Shown here piece by piece: positions 1-9,063 of a stretch of DNA of 21,877 bases (positions are counted from its first letter, which is position 1; every line of letters begins with the position of its first letter). A program made the translations under genes and the position numbers. This DNA is from a virus (taxonomy: Duplodnaviria; Heunggongvirae; Uroviricota; Caudoviricetes): the IMG/VR virus record IMGVR_UViG_2695420643_000029. One strand, given 5' to 3'. The notes below the pieces were generated by a model. It was not told the DNA's origin. It searched no databases and was given only the letters and a program-made list of their open reading frames with translations.

Positions 1-1236
1 CTACGATAGCCGCGCATTCAACATGGCTACCTGTTCGTCGTTCATATCATCAATCCACATACCGTAAATTTCATACACCATCTGCGCAGTTTCATGCCCC
101 ATCTGGCTGGCTATAAATGCCGGGTTCGCTCCTGCCGTCAACAGCCAGCAGGCAAAAGTATGCCGCGTATGGTACGGATTACGGCGGCGAATACCAGCAC
201 GTTTTACTGCTGCATTCCACCTTGCCCCCAAACTGCTTACCGAGTAATAAGGTTTCTGTTTTCCGTTACACACCCTGGGCATGAAAACAAAATGCAGTTT
301 TTGCTTTTCGGTTCTGCCGTACTCCCGATGATAAAAGGTGATTTCGCTTTTGCGATGATGCCCGGTCAGTTTGTATTGCACCTTCAGTGCTTCAAGAGCA
401 GGCTGCAGTAATGTTACTGTCCGGATCCCGGCATTTGTTTTTGGGGGACCGAACATATCCAGTATCGTCAGGTTTCTTCTGACATTCACAGTTCCCTTCT
501 CGAAATCCACATCCTCCCACGCCAGAGCTGCCAGTTCCCCGTGACGAAGCCCGGAGTAAACGGCAAATTTCCACAAGTTTTGGCTCTGTCCTTTTTCACT
601 TTCCATTAATGCATTGAATTCTGTTTTAGATAACGGGTCAGGCTTTATTCTGTTTCGCTGTAATTTTTTTACTCCTTCAAATGGTTTGGTTGATATAAAT
701 CCCGACTGATACGCAAAACGTAACAGCGAACAGAGCAGGGCGATATAGTTATCAACTGTGCGCACGGTTCTTCCTTTTTTGTTGGATCTTGGATTATCCA
801 GGTAAAGCGTTTCTCCATGCAGCAGTTCATTCCGGTAGTTTAAGATATCGCTATAACGAATATATGATATCGGGGTACTTTCACAAATTATTATTCTGAG
901 TGTTTTTAATTGTGATTTCGTTTTCTTCATTGTGTTTGTTGTTAACTCTGTCTCTTTAATTTTTGTCCAGATATCACAAAGCTCCCCGAACGTTTTTATG
1001 ACTCTCGTTGTCACCATTTTTGCCCCAGTGCTGGACTGGGGAAAACGTCTTAAATACTCAAATTCACCGGAGTTTATTTCATGAACTATCAGCGCTCTTA
1101 AATTTCCGGCCTTTTTAATATTACTGTTTGTAATCTCCCAGCCTTTTAATGTTTCCCGACATCGTTTTCCTCGAAACATGAACCAGATGCGAATGTTTCT
1201 ACCTCTAATCTCGACACCTGTTGGTAATTTAGACAT
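1..1236 (-). CDS. int: Phage tyrosine integrase (lambda-Int-like)
   Basis: 411-aa ORF; C-terminal tyrosine-recombinase motifs (HTRHTFACWLL...Y near C-terminus); ATG at 1234-1236; stop lies at window edge; xis stop directly abuts start. Confidence 0.93.
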   Translation of the reverse strand: MSKLPTGVEIRGRNIRIWFMFRGKRCRETLKGWEITNSNIKKAGNLRALIVHEINSGEFEYLRRFPQSSTGAKMVTTRVIKTFGELCDIWTKIKETELTTNTMKKTKSQLKTLRIIICESTPISYIRYSDILNYRNELLHGETLYLDNPRSNKKGRTVRTVDNYIALLCSLLRFAYQSGFISTKPFEGVKKLQRNRIKPDPLSKTEFNALMESEKGQSQNLWKFAVYSGLRHGELAALAWEDVDFEKGTVNVRRNLTILDMFGPPKTNAGIRTVTLLQPALEALKVQYKLTGHHRKSEITFYHREYGRTEKQKLHFVFMPRVCNGKQKPYYSVSSLGARWNAAVKRAGIRRRNPYHTRHTFACWLLTAGANPAFIASQMGHETAQMVYEIYGMWIDDMNDEQVAMLNARLS

Positions 1237-1237
1237 A

Positions 1238-1453
1238 TCATGAGTCTTTGATAAACTGATTTATCTTTGGATAGTTGTACCAGATAATCCCTCGTTTGCT
1301 GTCTGGCTTACCTAAAGGAGATACTCGTTTGAAGTGGAAGCCCTCCACCCAACAGTTCTGGCGGTATGCTTCAATTTGTCTGCCCCCCAGACCAGTGCGA
1401 AGCATCAGGCCGTATTCAACCATCCACTCTTCATTAAAGATTACTTGTGCCAT
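1238..1453 (-). CDS. xis: Excisionase (Rac XisR/YdaQ-like)
   Basis: 71 aa from [23 protein letters not shown]...; position directly upstream of int; longest ORF extends to 1477. Confidence 0.8.
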   Translation of the reverse strand: MAQVIFNEEWMVEYGLMLRTGLGGRQIEAYRQNCWVEGFHFKRVSPLGKPDSKRGIIWYNYPKINQFIKDS

Positions 1454-1552
1454 CGCATCACCTCTGGCAGGCGCCAATGTTAGACTGAAATTGACGCCTG
1501 ATGTTGATTATTAATAATCAGCTATGAAGTTTTAATTTGTATATAATGCAAC

Positions 1553-1741
1553 TCACGAGGACAGAAGTTTCTCGCAATTAAAATTTATCAGCTTTACTTT
1601 CTGCTCTCTGGACACGCCTGCTTCTTTTTTCCCTGAGAGCATTTTTTCGCATTCTGATTTCGTTAATTTAGATTTTGAATATCTTGTCCAGTTAGTAGGA
1701 GTGCCACCTTCTTTTTCAATAGTGGCAGTTATTTTATACAT
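1553..1741 (-). CDS. Small hypothetical protein, YdaC-like by position
   Basis: ORF MYKITATIEKEGGTPTNW...; ATG at 1739-1741 preceded by GGAGGTG; lies between xis and ralR as ydaC does in Rac; family assignment uncertain. Confidence 0.55.
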   Translation of the reverse strand: MYKITATIEKEGGTPTNWTRYSKSKLTKSECEKMLSGKKEAGVSREQKVKLINFNCEKLLSS

Positions 1742-1928
1742 GAACACCTCCATTATTATTTCCAGTAGTTCGTTTATTCCATCTTTCGAGTGCTTCTTTT
1801 TCACTTCCACCATAGCCAGTTCGGGATTCGCATCCGTTGCATTTTGCCCGGTAATATCCTGAAATTGCTTTCACCGTAACAGATGGACAACCACAAAACG
1901 GACATGGTTTAACATCGTCATATCTCAT
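1734..1928 (-). CDS. ralR: Lar/RalR restriction-alleviation protein
   Basis: 64 aa MRYDDVKPCPFCGCPSVTVKAISGYYRAKCNGCESRTGYGGSEKEALERWNKR...; Cys4 pattern; alternative start at 1940. Confidence 0.85.
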   Translation of the reverse strand: MRYDDVKPCPFCGCPSVTVKAISGYYRAKCNGCESRTGYGGSEKEALERWNKRTTGNNNGGVHV

Positions 1929-1984
1929 AATTTTTGTCATAAAAACTGTCTCGCGTTGGCGGTGCATTACACCGCCAGGCTGAA

Positions 1985-2794
1985 TTATTCTTCTGAATTA
2001 TCGATCACACTGTATTCCCCGGTTAATACAGAGGAGTCTGCCGGATCGATTGTCAGTGGTTCCTTTTCATCCATTGATACTGCACGCTGGATTTCAATTG
2101 AGACAGGCAGGTATTTAAACAGGCGACGAATAGCCGTTTTTTTTGCCATTTCTTCCCAGTGAGTTACCCATGGCCCGTTATTACCAGCCTTACTCTGGCT
2201 GCGCACCAGTTCAATCTGTTTGCGCGTCATAACTTCAAACTGAGTCCCTCCGTCTTTCAGTCTTGCGACAGCATAGACGTGGGTAACCGGGGCATCTTCG
2301 TTTTCTCCCGGGCGGTGTATTAACTTTTCATCAAGGCCAAATTCGAAGCTAAACTCGTCACCTTCACGGACAACACGGGCTGACAGGCTGGCGATTTGAC
2401 CAGAACGGCGAGCCAGATCAATCATGCCGCGATAGCCAATGATTAGCTGAACGTTTTTTTTACCGCTCTTTTCGTTTTTATTACCAAAAGGCAGTAAATA
2501 TGCATGACCGAGAGCGCTACCGGGCTCAAGCCCGAGCTGTGAACACTGTACGATTGCACTGACAAAACTCATAGTGTCACAGTTTCCTAACGCCGGAACT
2601 TTACGAATTTCTGTGGTGGCGATACGGATCATACGTTCAGCCGTCATATGGCGTGGAAGAGCTGCTGCCAGTTGCTCTTTCATTGATGGCTGGTTAATAA
2701 AACTAATCACGTCGTTATTTTTAATTGCTGCTGGTGCACGGTTTCCCTGAGTTTTTTGCAGATCGGCTTTTGCGATTGGTGGTTGCTTAGTCAT
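1985..2794 (-). CDS. recT: RecT single-strand annealing recombinase
   Basis: 269 aa starting [35 protein letters not shown]...; start overlaps recE stop (2787-2789). Confidence 0.95.
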   Translation of the reverse strand: MTKQPPIAKADLQKTQGNRAPAAIKNNDVISFINQPSMKEQLAAALPRHMTAERMIRIATTEIRKVPALGNCDTMSFVSAIVQCSQLGLEPGSALGHAYLLPFGNKNEKSGKKNVQLIIGYRGMIDLARRSGQIASLSARVVREGDEFSFEFGLDEKLIHRPGENEDAPVTHVYAVARLKDGGTQFEVMTRKQIELVRSQSKAGNNGPWVTHWEEMAKKTAIRRLFKYLPVSIEIQRAVSMDEKEPLTIDPADSSVLTGEYSVIDNSEE

Positions 2795-5456
2795 TTGCAT
2801 ATTCCTTAGCCCAGCGGGGCAGTGATAACGTTTTAATAGCTGGCCATTCATTGGTATTGAGGCAGTCAGCCAGGGTTCGCAGATTGCGGTGATATTCCAG
2901 CTGACCTGCCAGTTTTGCTTCTTCGCCCATCATGAAAATTTCAACCGGATAACGTCCGCATTCAATAGTTGTGCTGGCAACCAGAAAAACGAAAGTTGGC
3001 TGCACTCCAAACTGTGCTTCATAACCGTCACTGTAGAATGCATCCTGAACGTGATAGCGGTAGTCGTAATAAGCGGTTTTGAATCGTTGAATATCCGCCG
3101 TAGTTTTCACGTCCATGATCCAGTGAAATTCAGGGATAATTTTGTCCGGACGGCACCGACACAAAATTCCTGTTTCAGGATCTTCCCAGTAAATTGATGA
3201 TTCAGCGTGTCCGGCGCTTTCAACAAGCCATTGCCCCAGCGGCAAAGCCATAACGCTTTGATACATGAGTTCAATTTTCAGACCTTCTTCCGCAGTGATA
3301 ACCGTTTTTCCTGTGCTTGCGCATTCCATCAGAAACGCTTTCTCTTCTTCTTTTCCGGCGTTTGTACGGCGGTTAAATTCAGGTGCTACGATAAAGCGGT
3401 TACTGAATTCTTCCGGTTCAAGTACCCGGCAGTGGAAAGCGGTTCCTAAATCGAGCGTTTTTGTCTTTGTGTTGTCCACGGGGGCATTTTTACGCCACAA
3501 ATACAGTGCCGGAGTATCAGCAATGTCATCGAGCTGAGACTTACTGACACCGGGACCTACGTGGTAATTCTCATTCGAAATTCCGTAATAAATACCTGGC
3601 TCTATGTCTTCTACGATTACGGGATCTGCGACTTCGCCAGTTTCATCACTGCAATCGCGATGCGGATCGCTGCCAGCATTCTCATTGTGCGGATGTTCAG
3701 CGCCTTCCATTTCCTCCGGATCATTTTCCTTAGCTTCAACCTGATTCTCTTCATCGAATGTTTCCTGGTATGTTGCGTCGCCCATCACCGCGCCACAATC
3801 AGGGCAGTTGCCGCCACTCCTCTGGCCGCAGGCGGTGCAGATCTTTTCCGGTTCCTGTTGCACTACTGGTTCAGGTTGTTTCGTTTCTGGCTCGTTTTGT
3901 TGCGTATTTGGGCTGTTCTGTTCCGCTTTCTGGTCGTTCTGTTCCGTTTCTGGCTGATTCTGGTACACAGAATCGCGGGTCTGGATCCCCTTAATCCATT
4001 TCGGATCATTCGGGTCGCTAATCCCTTCAACAAATTCTCCGCGAGAGGCAGCCAGCAATTTGTCGGCATCGACAGGATTTTTGGGCGGAATGGTTTTCCG
4101 GGCTTCATGGAGTTCTGCCCGCAGTTTCTGATATTTCGCATCAACAGAATTTACCTGTGACTGAGCATCCAGCGGCTGCGTGTCCTGATGATGTTCAGTT
4201 GCATCCGGTTCCACTGTTTCAGCCGTTGCCTGTTTATCTGCCATTGCGCAAGATGGTTGCGGTTTTTCTTCACCATCGTGTTTTCCTTCTTCTGTTACAC
4301 GCTGCGGCATCGGGGCAGAGGAACGACCGCAGGCAATATCCACGATTTCCGGATCAGGGTTGGCATGATCGGTTTCAATCAGCACCTTGTTCAGATATTC
4401 AGTGACATGCGCAGGGATAACCTCGATCCCAATTGGTGCTTCTTTTACGGACGCAACCACGATGGCGCGGGAATAATCCAGCCCGCCAGGCATGGTGATG
4501 AATTTGTCGCGGAAAACAGAAAAGGGCGGTTTATTTTCAGCGATAATTTCCTCGACACGTTTAGCGTGTGCCGGATGAAGGTTATAAATATCCACATCCA
4601 TTGAACGGGCCAGAACGCCGGTGGCTACATCTCGTGCGAGTGATGTCTTATCATGTTTGAATCCTTCACCACGATCGGTAATATTTCCGCCGCCAGCGTT
4701 AGCGCCGGATGGCGTGCGGCTGATGCGTGAAACACGATTTCCTTTCATCCACTCTTTTGTAAGCAGACCGCGATCGGTGTAGTCAGCGCCCAGGTATGCT
4801 TCGATAAAAGAGGTCATCAGTCCCAGGTCCGAATTTACGGGGGCGGGGAAAACTTTGTCAGTGTCTCGCACCAGTTTGTACAAATCCCGAATCTCCAGCG
4901 GTTCGAGTTGCACTGCTTTATTTGAGATGGCCAGCGCGGTAACGGCGGGAAGTTTTTCATCCTGTGCGTTATGTAATGCGCGCAGTTTGTCCAGTGAAAC
5001 GTGCGTGAGCGGTTTTTCGCTGTTGTGTTGCGCCAGCCAGCGAACAGGCAGAATCTGACCTGAAACCGGAAGAAGCATATTCTCCTCAATCTTAGCCATG
5101 TCTTCGCCGTTGACGTTGGTATTGTCAGTACTGGCTGGTTTGTCCGGAACAGAGGGCGCGATAAGTATCATTGTGATACCATCTTCTCCGCCTTTTTCGT
5201 ATCGGTTGCAGAATTCAGTATCAAACACACCTTCCGGTGGAAGGTCATTCACAACGGGTAAATGGACGCGGATGGGTTTTTTAAAATCCTCTTCGTCAAA
5301 TCCGGCATCGTCCATTGCAGCAATGCAGCGTGAAACCGCAACAGAAAGTTTTTTTGCCTCTGTCCAGAAAAAGCCGCCTTTGATGCCGAGGCGTTTTCTG
5401 GTTTTATCATTTTTCGCGTCGCAATACAGAGCGTAATTTTCTTTATCAGTACTCAT
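2787..5456 (-). CDS. recE: RecE exodeoxyribonuclease VIII-like
   Basis: 889-aa ORF; C-terminal PD-(D/E)xK-type nuclease region (IMDVKTT); central Q/E/P-rich low-complexity linker; CxxC-N12-CxxC motif; operon partner of recT. Confidence 0.9.
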   Translation of the reverse strand: MSTDKENYALYCDAKNDKTRKRLGIKGGFFWTEAKKLSVAVSRCIAAMDDAGFDEEDFKKPIRVHLPVVNDLPPEGVFDTEFCNRYEKGGEDGITMILIAPSVPDKPASTDNTNVNGEDMAKIEENMLLPVSGQILPVRWLAQHNSEKPLTHVSLDKLRALHNAQDEKLPAVTALAISNKAVQLEPLEIRDLYKLVRDTDKVFPAPVNSDLGLMTSFIEAYLGADYTDRGLLTKEWMKGNRVSRISRTPSGANAGGGNITDRGEGFKHDKTSLARDVATGVLARSMDVDIYNLHPAHAKRVEEIIAENKPPFSVFRDKFITMPGGLDYSRAIVVASVKEAPIGIEVIPAHVTEYLNKVLIETDHANPDPEIVDIACGRSSAPMPQRVTEEGKHDGEEKPQPSCAMADKQATAETVEPDATEHHQDTQPLDAQSQVNSVDAKYQKLRAELHEARKTIPPKNPVDADKLLAASRGEFVEGISDPNDPKWIKGIQTRDSVYQNQPETEQNDQKAEQNSPNTQQNEPETKQPEPVVQQEPEKICTACGQRSGGNCPDCGAVMGDATYQETFDEENQVEAKENDPEEMEGAEHPHNENAGSDPHRDCSDETGEVADPVIVEDIEPGIYYGISNENYHVGPGVSKSQLDDIADTPALYLWRKNAPVDNTKTKTLDLGTAFHCRVLEPEEFSNRFIVAPEFNRRTNAGKEEEKAFLMECASTGKTVITAEEGLKIELMYQSVMALPLGQWLVESAGHAESSIYWEDPETGILCRCRPDKIIPEFHWIMDVKTTADIQRFKTAYYDYRYHVQDAFYSDGYEAQFGVQPTFVFLVASTTIECGRYPVEIFMMGEEAKLAGQLEYHRNLRTLADCLNTNEWPAIKTLSLPRWAKEYAND

Positions 5457-5536
5457 TGATAAACCTCATAACTATTTTAAGGTTGAGCGAACCCCTGCCA
5501 TTGCTGGCATAAATTCAGTTTCGAATAGTCAGTTAG

Positions 5537-5707
5537 TTAAAGTTCGTGTGCCATCTGGTCTTTTTCGGCACAATTTTCACTACAATATTTTTTCATTTCC
5601 GTCGTTGGGATAACTCCACGCATGAAATGAAGTGGTCTTTTAATACTTTTGCTTTCTTCAATTCCTTTATTGCAAAGGTGGTAAGCACATTTTATTTTCT
5701 TAGTCAT
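5537..5707 (-). CDS. ydaE: YdaE-like small zinc-binding protein
   Basis: Hand-translated 56 aa [59 protein letters not shown] overlaps kilR stop (ATGA); not in ORF track (<60 aa). Confidence 0.75.
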   Translation of the reverse strand: MTKKIKCAYHLCNKGIEESKSIKRPLHFMRGVIPTTEMKKYCSENCAEKDQMAHEL

Positions 5708-5928
5708 CACCATGACTCCGCCTTTACAGGTAAACCATCACGACCGAGGAAGACTTTAATCATGCAGTCAGAAATGCATGTTTTTGTAGTCAGGCTACGA
5801 ATATAAAGTTTTCGCTTTTTAATATTGTTTGCCGAGGCGATATATGTCCGACCTTCATGAAGAACATAATCGCCAGGAGTCACACACTGACGTGGTATTT
5901 CATCAGTTCCGAAGTGATGAGCAATCAT
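5707..5928 (-). CDS. kilR: KilR killing protein (cell-division inhibitor)
   Basis: 73 aa [46 protein letters not shown]...; strong AAGGAG SD upstream. Confidence 0.85.
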   Translation of the reverse strand: MIAHHFGTDEIPRQCVTPGDYVLHEGRTYIASANNIKKRKLYIRSLTTKTCISDCMIKVFLGRDGLPVKAESW

Positions 5929-5974
5929 AATTATCTCCTTAATAAATTTCTCGTATTAAGAAAATTCCAGAAAA

Positions 5975-6823
5975 CTATTTAATACTCAGCAACTGCTCGA
6001 CGGTCATATTTTTAATTGCGCTTCGGTTTACAAGAGTCCAGCCCTGTTTCTCCAGATAAAGGCGGAAAGTGTCCAGGGTACAGACGAGAGCGCCATCAGG
6101 AACGGTTTCAGTGAATTCGACGTTGCCGAATTTGTCGAAGCGAACAACCAGAGTGCGCCCATCGCCCGGAATGATTTTGTTTGTGGGAGTGGTATTATTC
6201 TGGCGTAGCTCTGCTTCCATGCGGTCGAACTCAGCGATGTAGGCCTCTTTGAATGCAGCGGCTTTTTTGCCAGTGAAACCCATCACCAGGAAAACGAAGC
6301 CGTTTTTGGTGATTTGGTACATTGGGAGTTTGCGCCCGGTTGAGTCGGTGTATTCACTTGGCTTAAAATTAAGCTCAGTGAATTCTGAGGAACATTCCAG
6401 AGCTTCAATTTTTTGAATGACGTTTTTATGCAGCTTGCGGAAAAACTCTGCAACTGCAACAGACGTAGTGACAGCACGACCATTTTCGATGGTTACGTCA
6501 GGGTGAGAAAGGGTAGGGATAGTAGCCATGATGGCAGCCTCTAGTGATAAGTTGGTAAACTCACCACCGGAGGTGCAAATCTCATGGGTGGTGAGACGTA
6601 CAGGGTTTGCACTACCGGTCACTAGAGAATCCGGCCCGCCCGAAAACGGCCCCATACGCCCCACCATAATCTGAATGTGGCTGCGCTTTACGCATAAAAA
6701 AACCGCTTTGGCGCGGTTATGCGCTCTAGTGATCATCGGGGTGCAAATCCCGGCACCCGTTTTATGAGGTGCAGGTGCACTATAATTCCACCCGTTCTGG
6801 TTTTCAATAGCTACATCCAACAT
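5975..6823 (-). CDS. Rha-family phage regulatory protein (Phage_pRha-like domain), with possible ~98-aa N-terminal extension
   Basis: Rha-like core (...GRAVTTSVAVAEFFRKLHKNVIQKIEAL...PMYQITKNGFVFLVMGFTGKKAAAFKEAYIAEFDRME); AGGTGAG SD before ATG 6823; alternative internal start at 6529 (MATIPTLSHPD) with AGAGG SD. Confidence 0.7.
   Translation of the reverse strand: MLDVAIENQNGWNYSAPAPHKTGAGICTPMITRAHNRAKAVFLCVKRSHIQIMVGRMGPFSGGPDSLVTGSANPVRLTTHEICTSGGEFTNLSLEAAIMATIPTLSHPDVTIENGRAVTTSVAVAEFFRKLHKNVIQKIEALECSSEFTELNFKPSEYTDSTGRKLPMYQITKNGFVFLVMGFTGKKAAAFKEAYIAEFDRMEAELRQNNTTPTNKIIPGDGRTLVVRFDKFGNVEFTETVPDGALVCTLDTFRLYLEKQGWTLVNRSAIKNMTVEQLLSIK
6694..6718 (-). terminator. Terminator-like hairpin (AACCGC-N6-GCGGTT + U7) inside the 5' part of the Rha-like ORF
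   Basis: Minus-sense stem-loop followed by TTTTTTT; its intragenic position is unusual. Confidence 0.35.
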
Positions 6824-7234
6824 TTTCTCTCACCTTTCATCACTGAAGTGAACTTTGTTGATGCGGTGCCTGGTGCCTCCAGGTGACGTTAACCAGTTAA
6901 CAATTAACGCCGGATAATCCACCCATAACACTGATGCTTTTAACTGTGCCGCGTGCGCTCAGCCGCATTCACCGCATCACAAAATTCACTTTAAAAAGGG
7001 GCGGCAGGGCAGCCACGGAGTAGAACTGATGCCGCCAAGACTACACACAGCAATGTCGTTATTTACAACCGGAGGCGCACTCCCACCATTTAAATTTAAC
7101 AGACAAGACCGACTCTTTATGGATATCGGAAATGCGCCTTCGTGTTGTGCCCGGTTTTATTTCACCACCTCCGGGCTTTGGTGGCCTCGGCTATACCCCT
7201 ACAGCAAGAATATTGAATTAATCCAATAAATGGT

Positions 7235-7387
7235 TTAGCTGGTATTTTTGGCAAGCCAGCGACGTGCGCCAGCTTCGGTTTTAAACGATTTGCTTTTGGT
7301 ATACGTCATTGCGGTGAACGCGCCGTCTTGGTTTGGAAACACGCCGCACACCAGGGATTCGTTATTGCCGAGGTCGATTTTTTGCAT
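7235..7387 (-). CDS. ydaF: YdaF-like small protein
   Basis: Hand-translated 50 aa MQKIDLGNNESLVCGVFPNQDGAFTAMTYTKSKSFKTEAGARRWLAKNTS; position matches Rac ydaF. Confidence 0.6.
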   Translation of the reverse strand: MQKIDLGNNESLVCGVFPNQDGAFTAMTYTKSKSFKTEAGARRWLAKNTS

Positions 7388-7397
7388 TTTTCGCACC

Positions 7398-7532
7398 TCA
7401 CATTTTGTTGTTGCGGATAGAGGCTTCTGCCTGCCAGAGATCCCAGTCGTTGCTGCGTAGAGCCTGTACAGCCTGGCTGTAAGTGATATCGCAACAATCC
7501 ATCAAATACTGAACTACTTCGTAATGCACCAT
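7398..7532 (-). CDS. ydaG: YdaG-like small protein
   Basis: Hand-translated 44 aa MVHYEVVQYLMDCCDITYSQAVQALRSNDWDLWQAEASIRNNKM; GGGGAGAG SD upstream. Confidence 0.6.
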   Translation of the reverse strand: MVHYEVVQYLMDCCDITYSQAVQALRSNDWDLWQAEASIRNNKM

Positions 7533-7598
7533 CTCATCTCTCCCCTTAACGCCGGGTGGCGGAACTAAAACCTACAGCGCCGTGCTGCTTCTGCAATA

Positions 7599-7627
7599 AT
7601 ATTAGTTATATTCATATAAGTGATCAA
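7599..7627 (-). promoter_or_regulatory. Candidate sigma70 promoter for ydaG-ydaF (TTGATC-N17-TAATAT on minus strand)
   Basis: Hexamers read directly from reverse complement; about 60 nt upstream of ydaG. Confidence 0.4.
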
Positions 7628-7721
7628 CACAAATATGCATTTTATTGATAAAAATGTACTATCGTAATGAAATTTTTAGTGTTTTTTTTGATAAAAAAGT
7701 AAGGTGAGGGAGCAGAGGGGA

Positions 7722-7748
7722 CAAAAAAACCGCCAAAAATGGCGGTTT
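7722..7748 (-). terminator. Rho-independent terminator after repressor gene
   Basis: Stem ACCGCCA/TGGCGGT, loop AAAA, U-run on minus-strand transcript; about 20 nt past racR stop. Confidence 0.7.
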
Positions 7749-7767
7749 AGTTACGAGGTTGCGGGAG

Positions 7768-8232
7768 CTATTTCTTCATGCGTTTCTGAGCTGCCAGCAT
7801 CTTTTCAAACGCTTCTTTGTAGAGTTCATTCTGACCTTTAAGCCTTTCGATTAGTTTTGCTTTTTCTGATTCGGGTAGGATTTCAAAAAGATCCAGTAAA
7901 TCAGCTTGTTGCTTGTTAACCATCCGCCAACCTTCGCCTTCGAAACTTTCGTCATAAGTTCCTGAGGAACGGACGTAGTTCATCAGATCAGCTAAATCAG
8001 GCCTCAACTCTTCAGGCTTAACTCTTAGTAATACAGCGAATTTTAATGCTGCATCAGTGTTTAGTGGAGCCTTTCCGTTGAGATAGTGGCTAACTGTGGA
8101 TTGAGTCTCAAAGCCCATTAGCTCAGCAGCAAGCTCCTGAGTCAGTTTGAGCTCTCTTTTTTTGGCATCCCAGACTGCGCGCAGACGCTGCGTAGCTTCT
8201 GGCGATGCGATTTCTTCGCGTTTTCTTCTCAT
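7768..8232 (-). CDS. racR: cI-like prophage repressor (XRE HTH), RacR-like
   Basis: 154 aa; HTH segment LTQELAAELMGFETQSTVSHYLNG; divergent to Cro-like ydaS; start very close to candidate -10 (leaderless-like). Confidence 0.7.
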   Translation of the reverse strand: MRRKREEIASPEATQRLRAVWDAKKRELKLTQELAAELMGFETQSTVSHYLNGKAPLNTDAALKFAVLLRVKPEELRPDLADLMNYVRSSGTYDESFEGEGWRMVNKQQADLLDLFEILPESEKAKLIERLKGQNELYKEAFEKMLAAQKRMKK

Positions 8233-8336
8233 ACCACCATCTTATGAACACAACTCATAATCTCAAACTGATATGGGTATTGATCATTTAAATTAGTATG
8301 GTTAATATTTTGACAGGCATTACTAAGGTGACCCTT
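8233..8336. promoter_or_regulatory. Immunity-region divergent promoter/operator segment
   Basis: Perfect inverted repeat TTATGA-N7-TCATAA (8241-8259); plus-strand TTGATC(8280-8285)-N17-TAATAT(8303-8308); minus-strand TTGAGA...TAAGAT immediately before racR ATG. Confidence 0.5.
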
Positions 8337-8612
8337 ATGACATTAGATGAATATTTGAAAAAAAATCGTGTACGACAGTCTTGTTTGGCCGCACTCGCTG
8401 GTTGTTCGCAATCGATGATTAGCCTCGTAGCTACTGGCCGTAGTCAGTTAAGCCCCGAGAAGGTATTACGTATCGCGGAGGCTACGAATTTCGAGGTTAC
8501 ACCTCATGAACTCCGGCCTGATATCTACCCGAATCCGACCGATGGTTTACCTGTTGGATGTAAGGCTAACACACAAAATACACCGGAGTTGATTCATGAA
8601 AATCAGGCATGA
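8337..8612 (+). CDS. ydaS: Cro-like HTH regulator YdaS
   Basis: MTLDEYLKKNRVRQSCLAALAGCSQSMISLVATGRSQLSPEKVLRIAEATNFEVTPHELRP...; AAGGTGA SD before ATG 8337; longest ORF starts 8298. Confidence 0.75.
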   Translation: MTLDEYLKKNRVRQSCLAALAGCSQSMISLVATGRSQLSPEKVLRIAEATNFEVTPHELRPDIYPNPTDGLPVGCKANTQNTPELIHENQA

Positions 8613-9018
8613 GCACATCGAATCAGTGCTGTTAGCCCTGGCAGCCGAAAAAGGGCAGGCGTGGGTCGCTAACGCAATTACTGATGAATATCTGCGCCAG
8701 GGGGGCGGCGAATTGCCCCTGGTACCAGGCAAGGACTGGAACAATCAGCAGAATATCTATCACCGTTGGTTGAAAGGTGAAACGAAAGCGCAAAGGGAAA
8801 AAATTCAGAAACTGATCCCTGCGGTTCTGGCAATTCTTCCGCGCGAGCTGCGTCACCGACTCTGCATCTTCGATACCCTGGAACGCCGTGCATTACTGGC
8901 GGCGCAGGAAGCGTTGAGTACGGCAATTGATGCGCATGATGATGCAGTCCAGGCCGTTTACCGGAAAGCACATTTCAGCGGTGGTGGGTCGCCCGGTGAT
9001 TCTGTCGTAGTGCATTGA
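8596..9018 (+). CDS. ydaT: YdaT-like protein (CII-position partner of YdaS)
   Basis: 140 aa MKIRHEHIESVLLALAAEKGQAWVANAITDEYLRQ...; overlaps ydaS end by 17 nt. Confidence 0.75.
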   Translation: MKIRHEHIESVLLALAAEKGQAWVANAITDEYLRQGGGELPLVPGKDWNNQQNIYHRWLKGETKAQREKIQKLIPAVLAILPRELRHRLCIFDTLERRALLAAQEALSTAIDAHDDAVQAVYRKAHFSGGGSPGDSVVVH

Positions 9019-9063
9019 TTGAAATTAATCGTGCCGGATTGTTTTGTTCGGTATCAGTTAAAT

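Noticed and set aside
94-574. ORFs 94-411 (+) and 392-574 (-) inside integrase
   Set aside because: Embedded in or antisense to the integrase gene, which has clear recombinase motifs; no independent support.
1275-1514. Plus-strand 79-aa ORF overlapping xis
   Set aside because: Antisense to the excisionase; no SD; leftward operon context.
2889-5436. Multiple plus-strand ORFs (2889-3197, 3207-3449, 3265-3537, 3561-4160, 3758-3994, 4157-4405, 4188-4604, 4855-5058, 5098-5436)
   Set aside because: All lie antisense within the long, well-supported recE reading frame, with low-complexity translations and no ribosome-binding sites noticed; judged to be frame artefacts.
5546-5806. Plus-strand 86-aa ORF
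   Set aside because: Antisense to the ydaE/kilR pair, which have recognisable products and translational coupling.
7029-7497. ORFs 7029-7229 (+), 7248-7460 (+), 7306-7497 (-)
   Set aside because: The 7248-7497 ORFs overlap the better-supported ydaF/ydaG-like genes in other frames. The 7029 ORF has a possible GGAG SD but lies on the opposite strand in a leftward operon with an implausible product; kept only as a low-probability alternative.
8547-8971. Minus-strand ORFs 8547-8744, 8632-8856, 8678-8971
   Set aside because: Antisense within ydaS/ydaT coding sequence.
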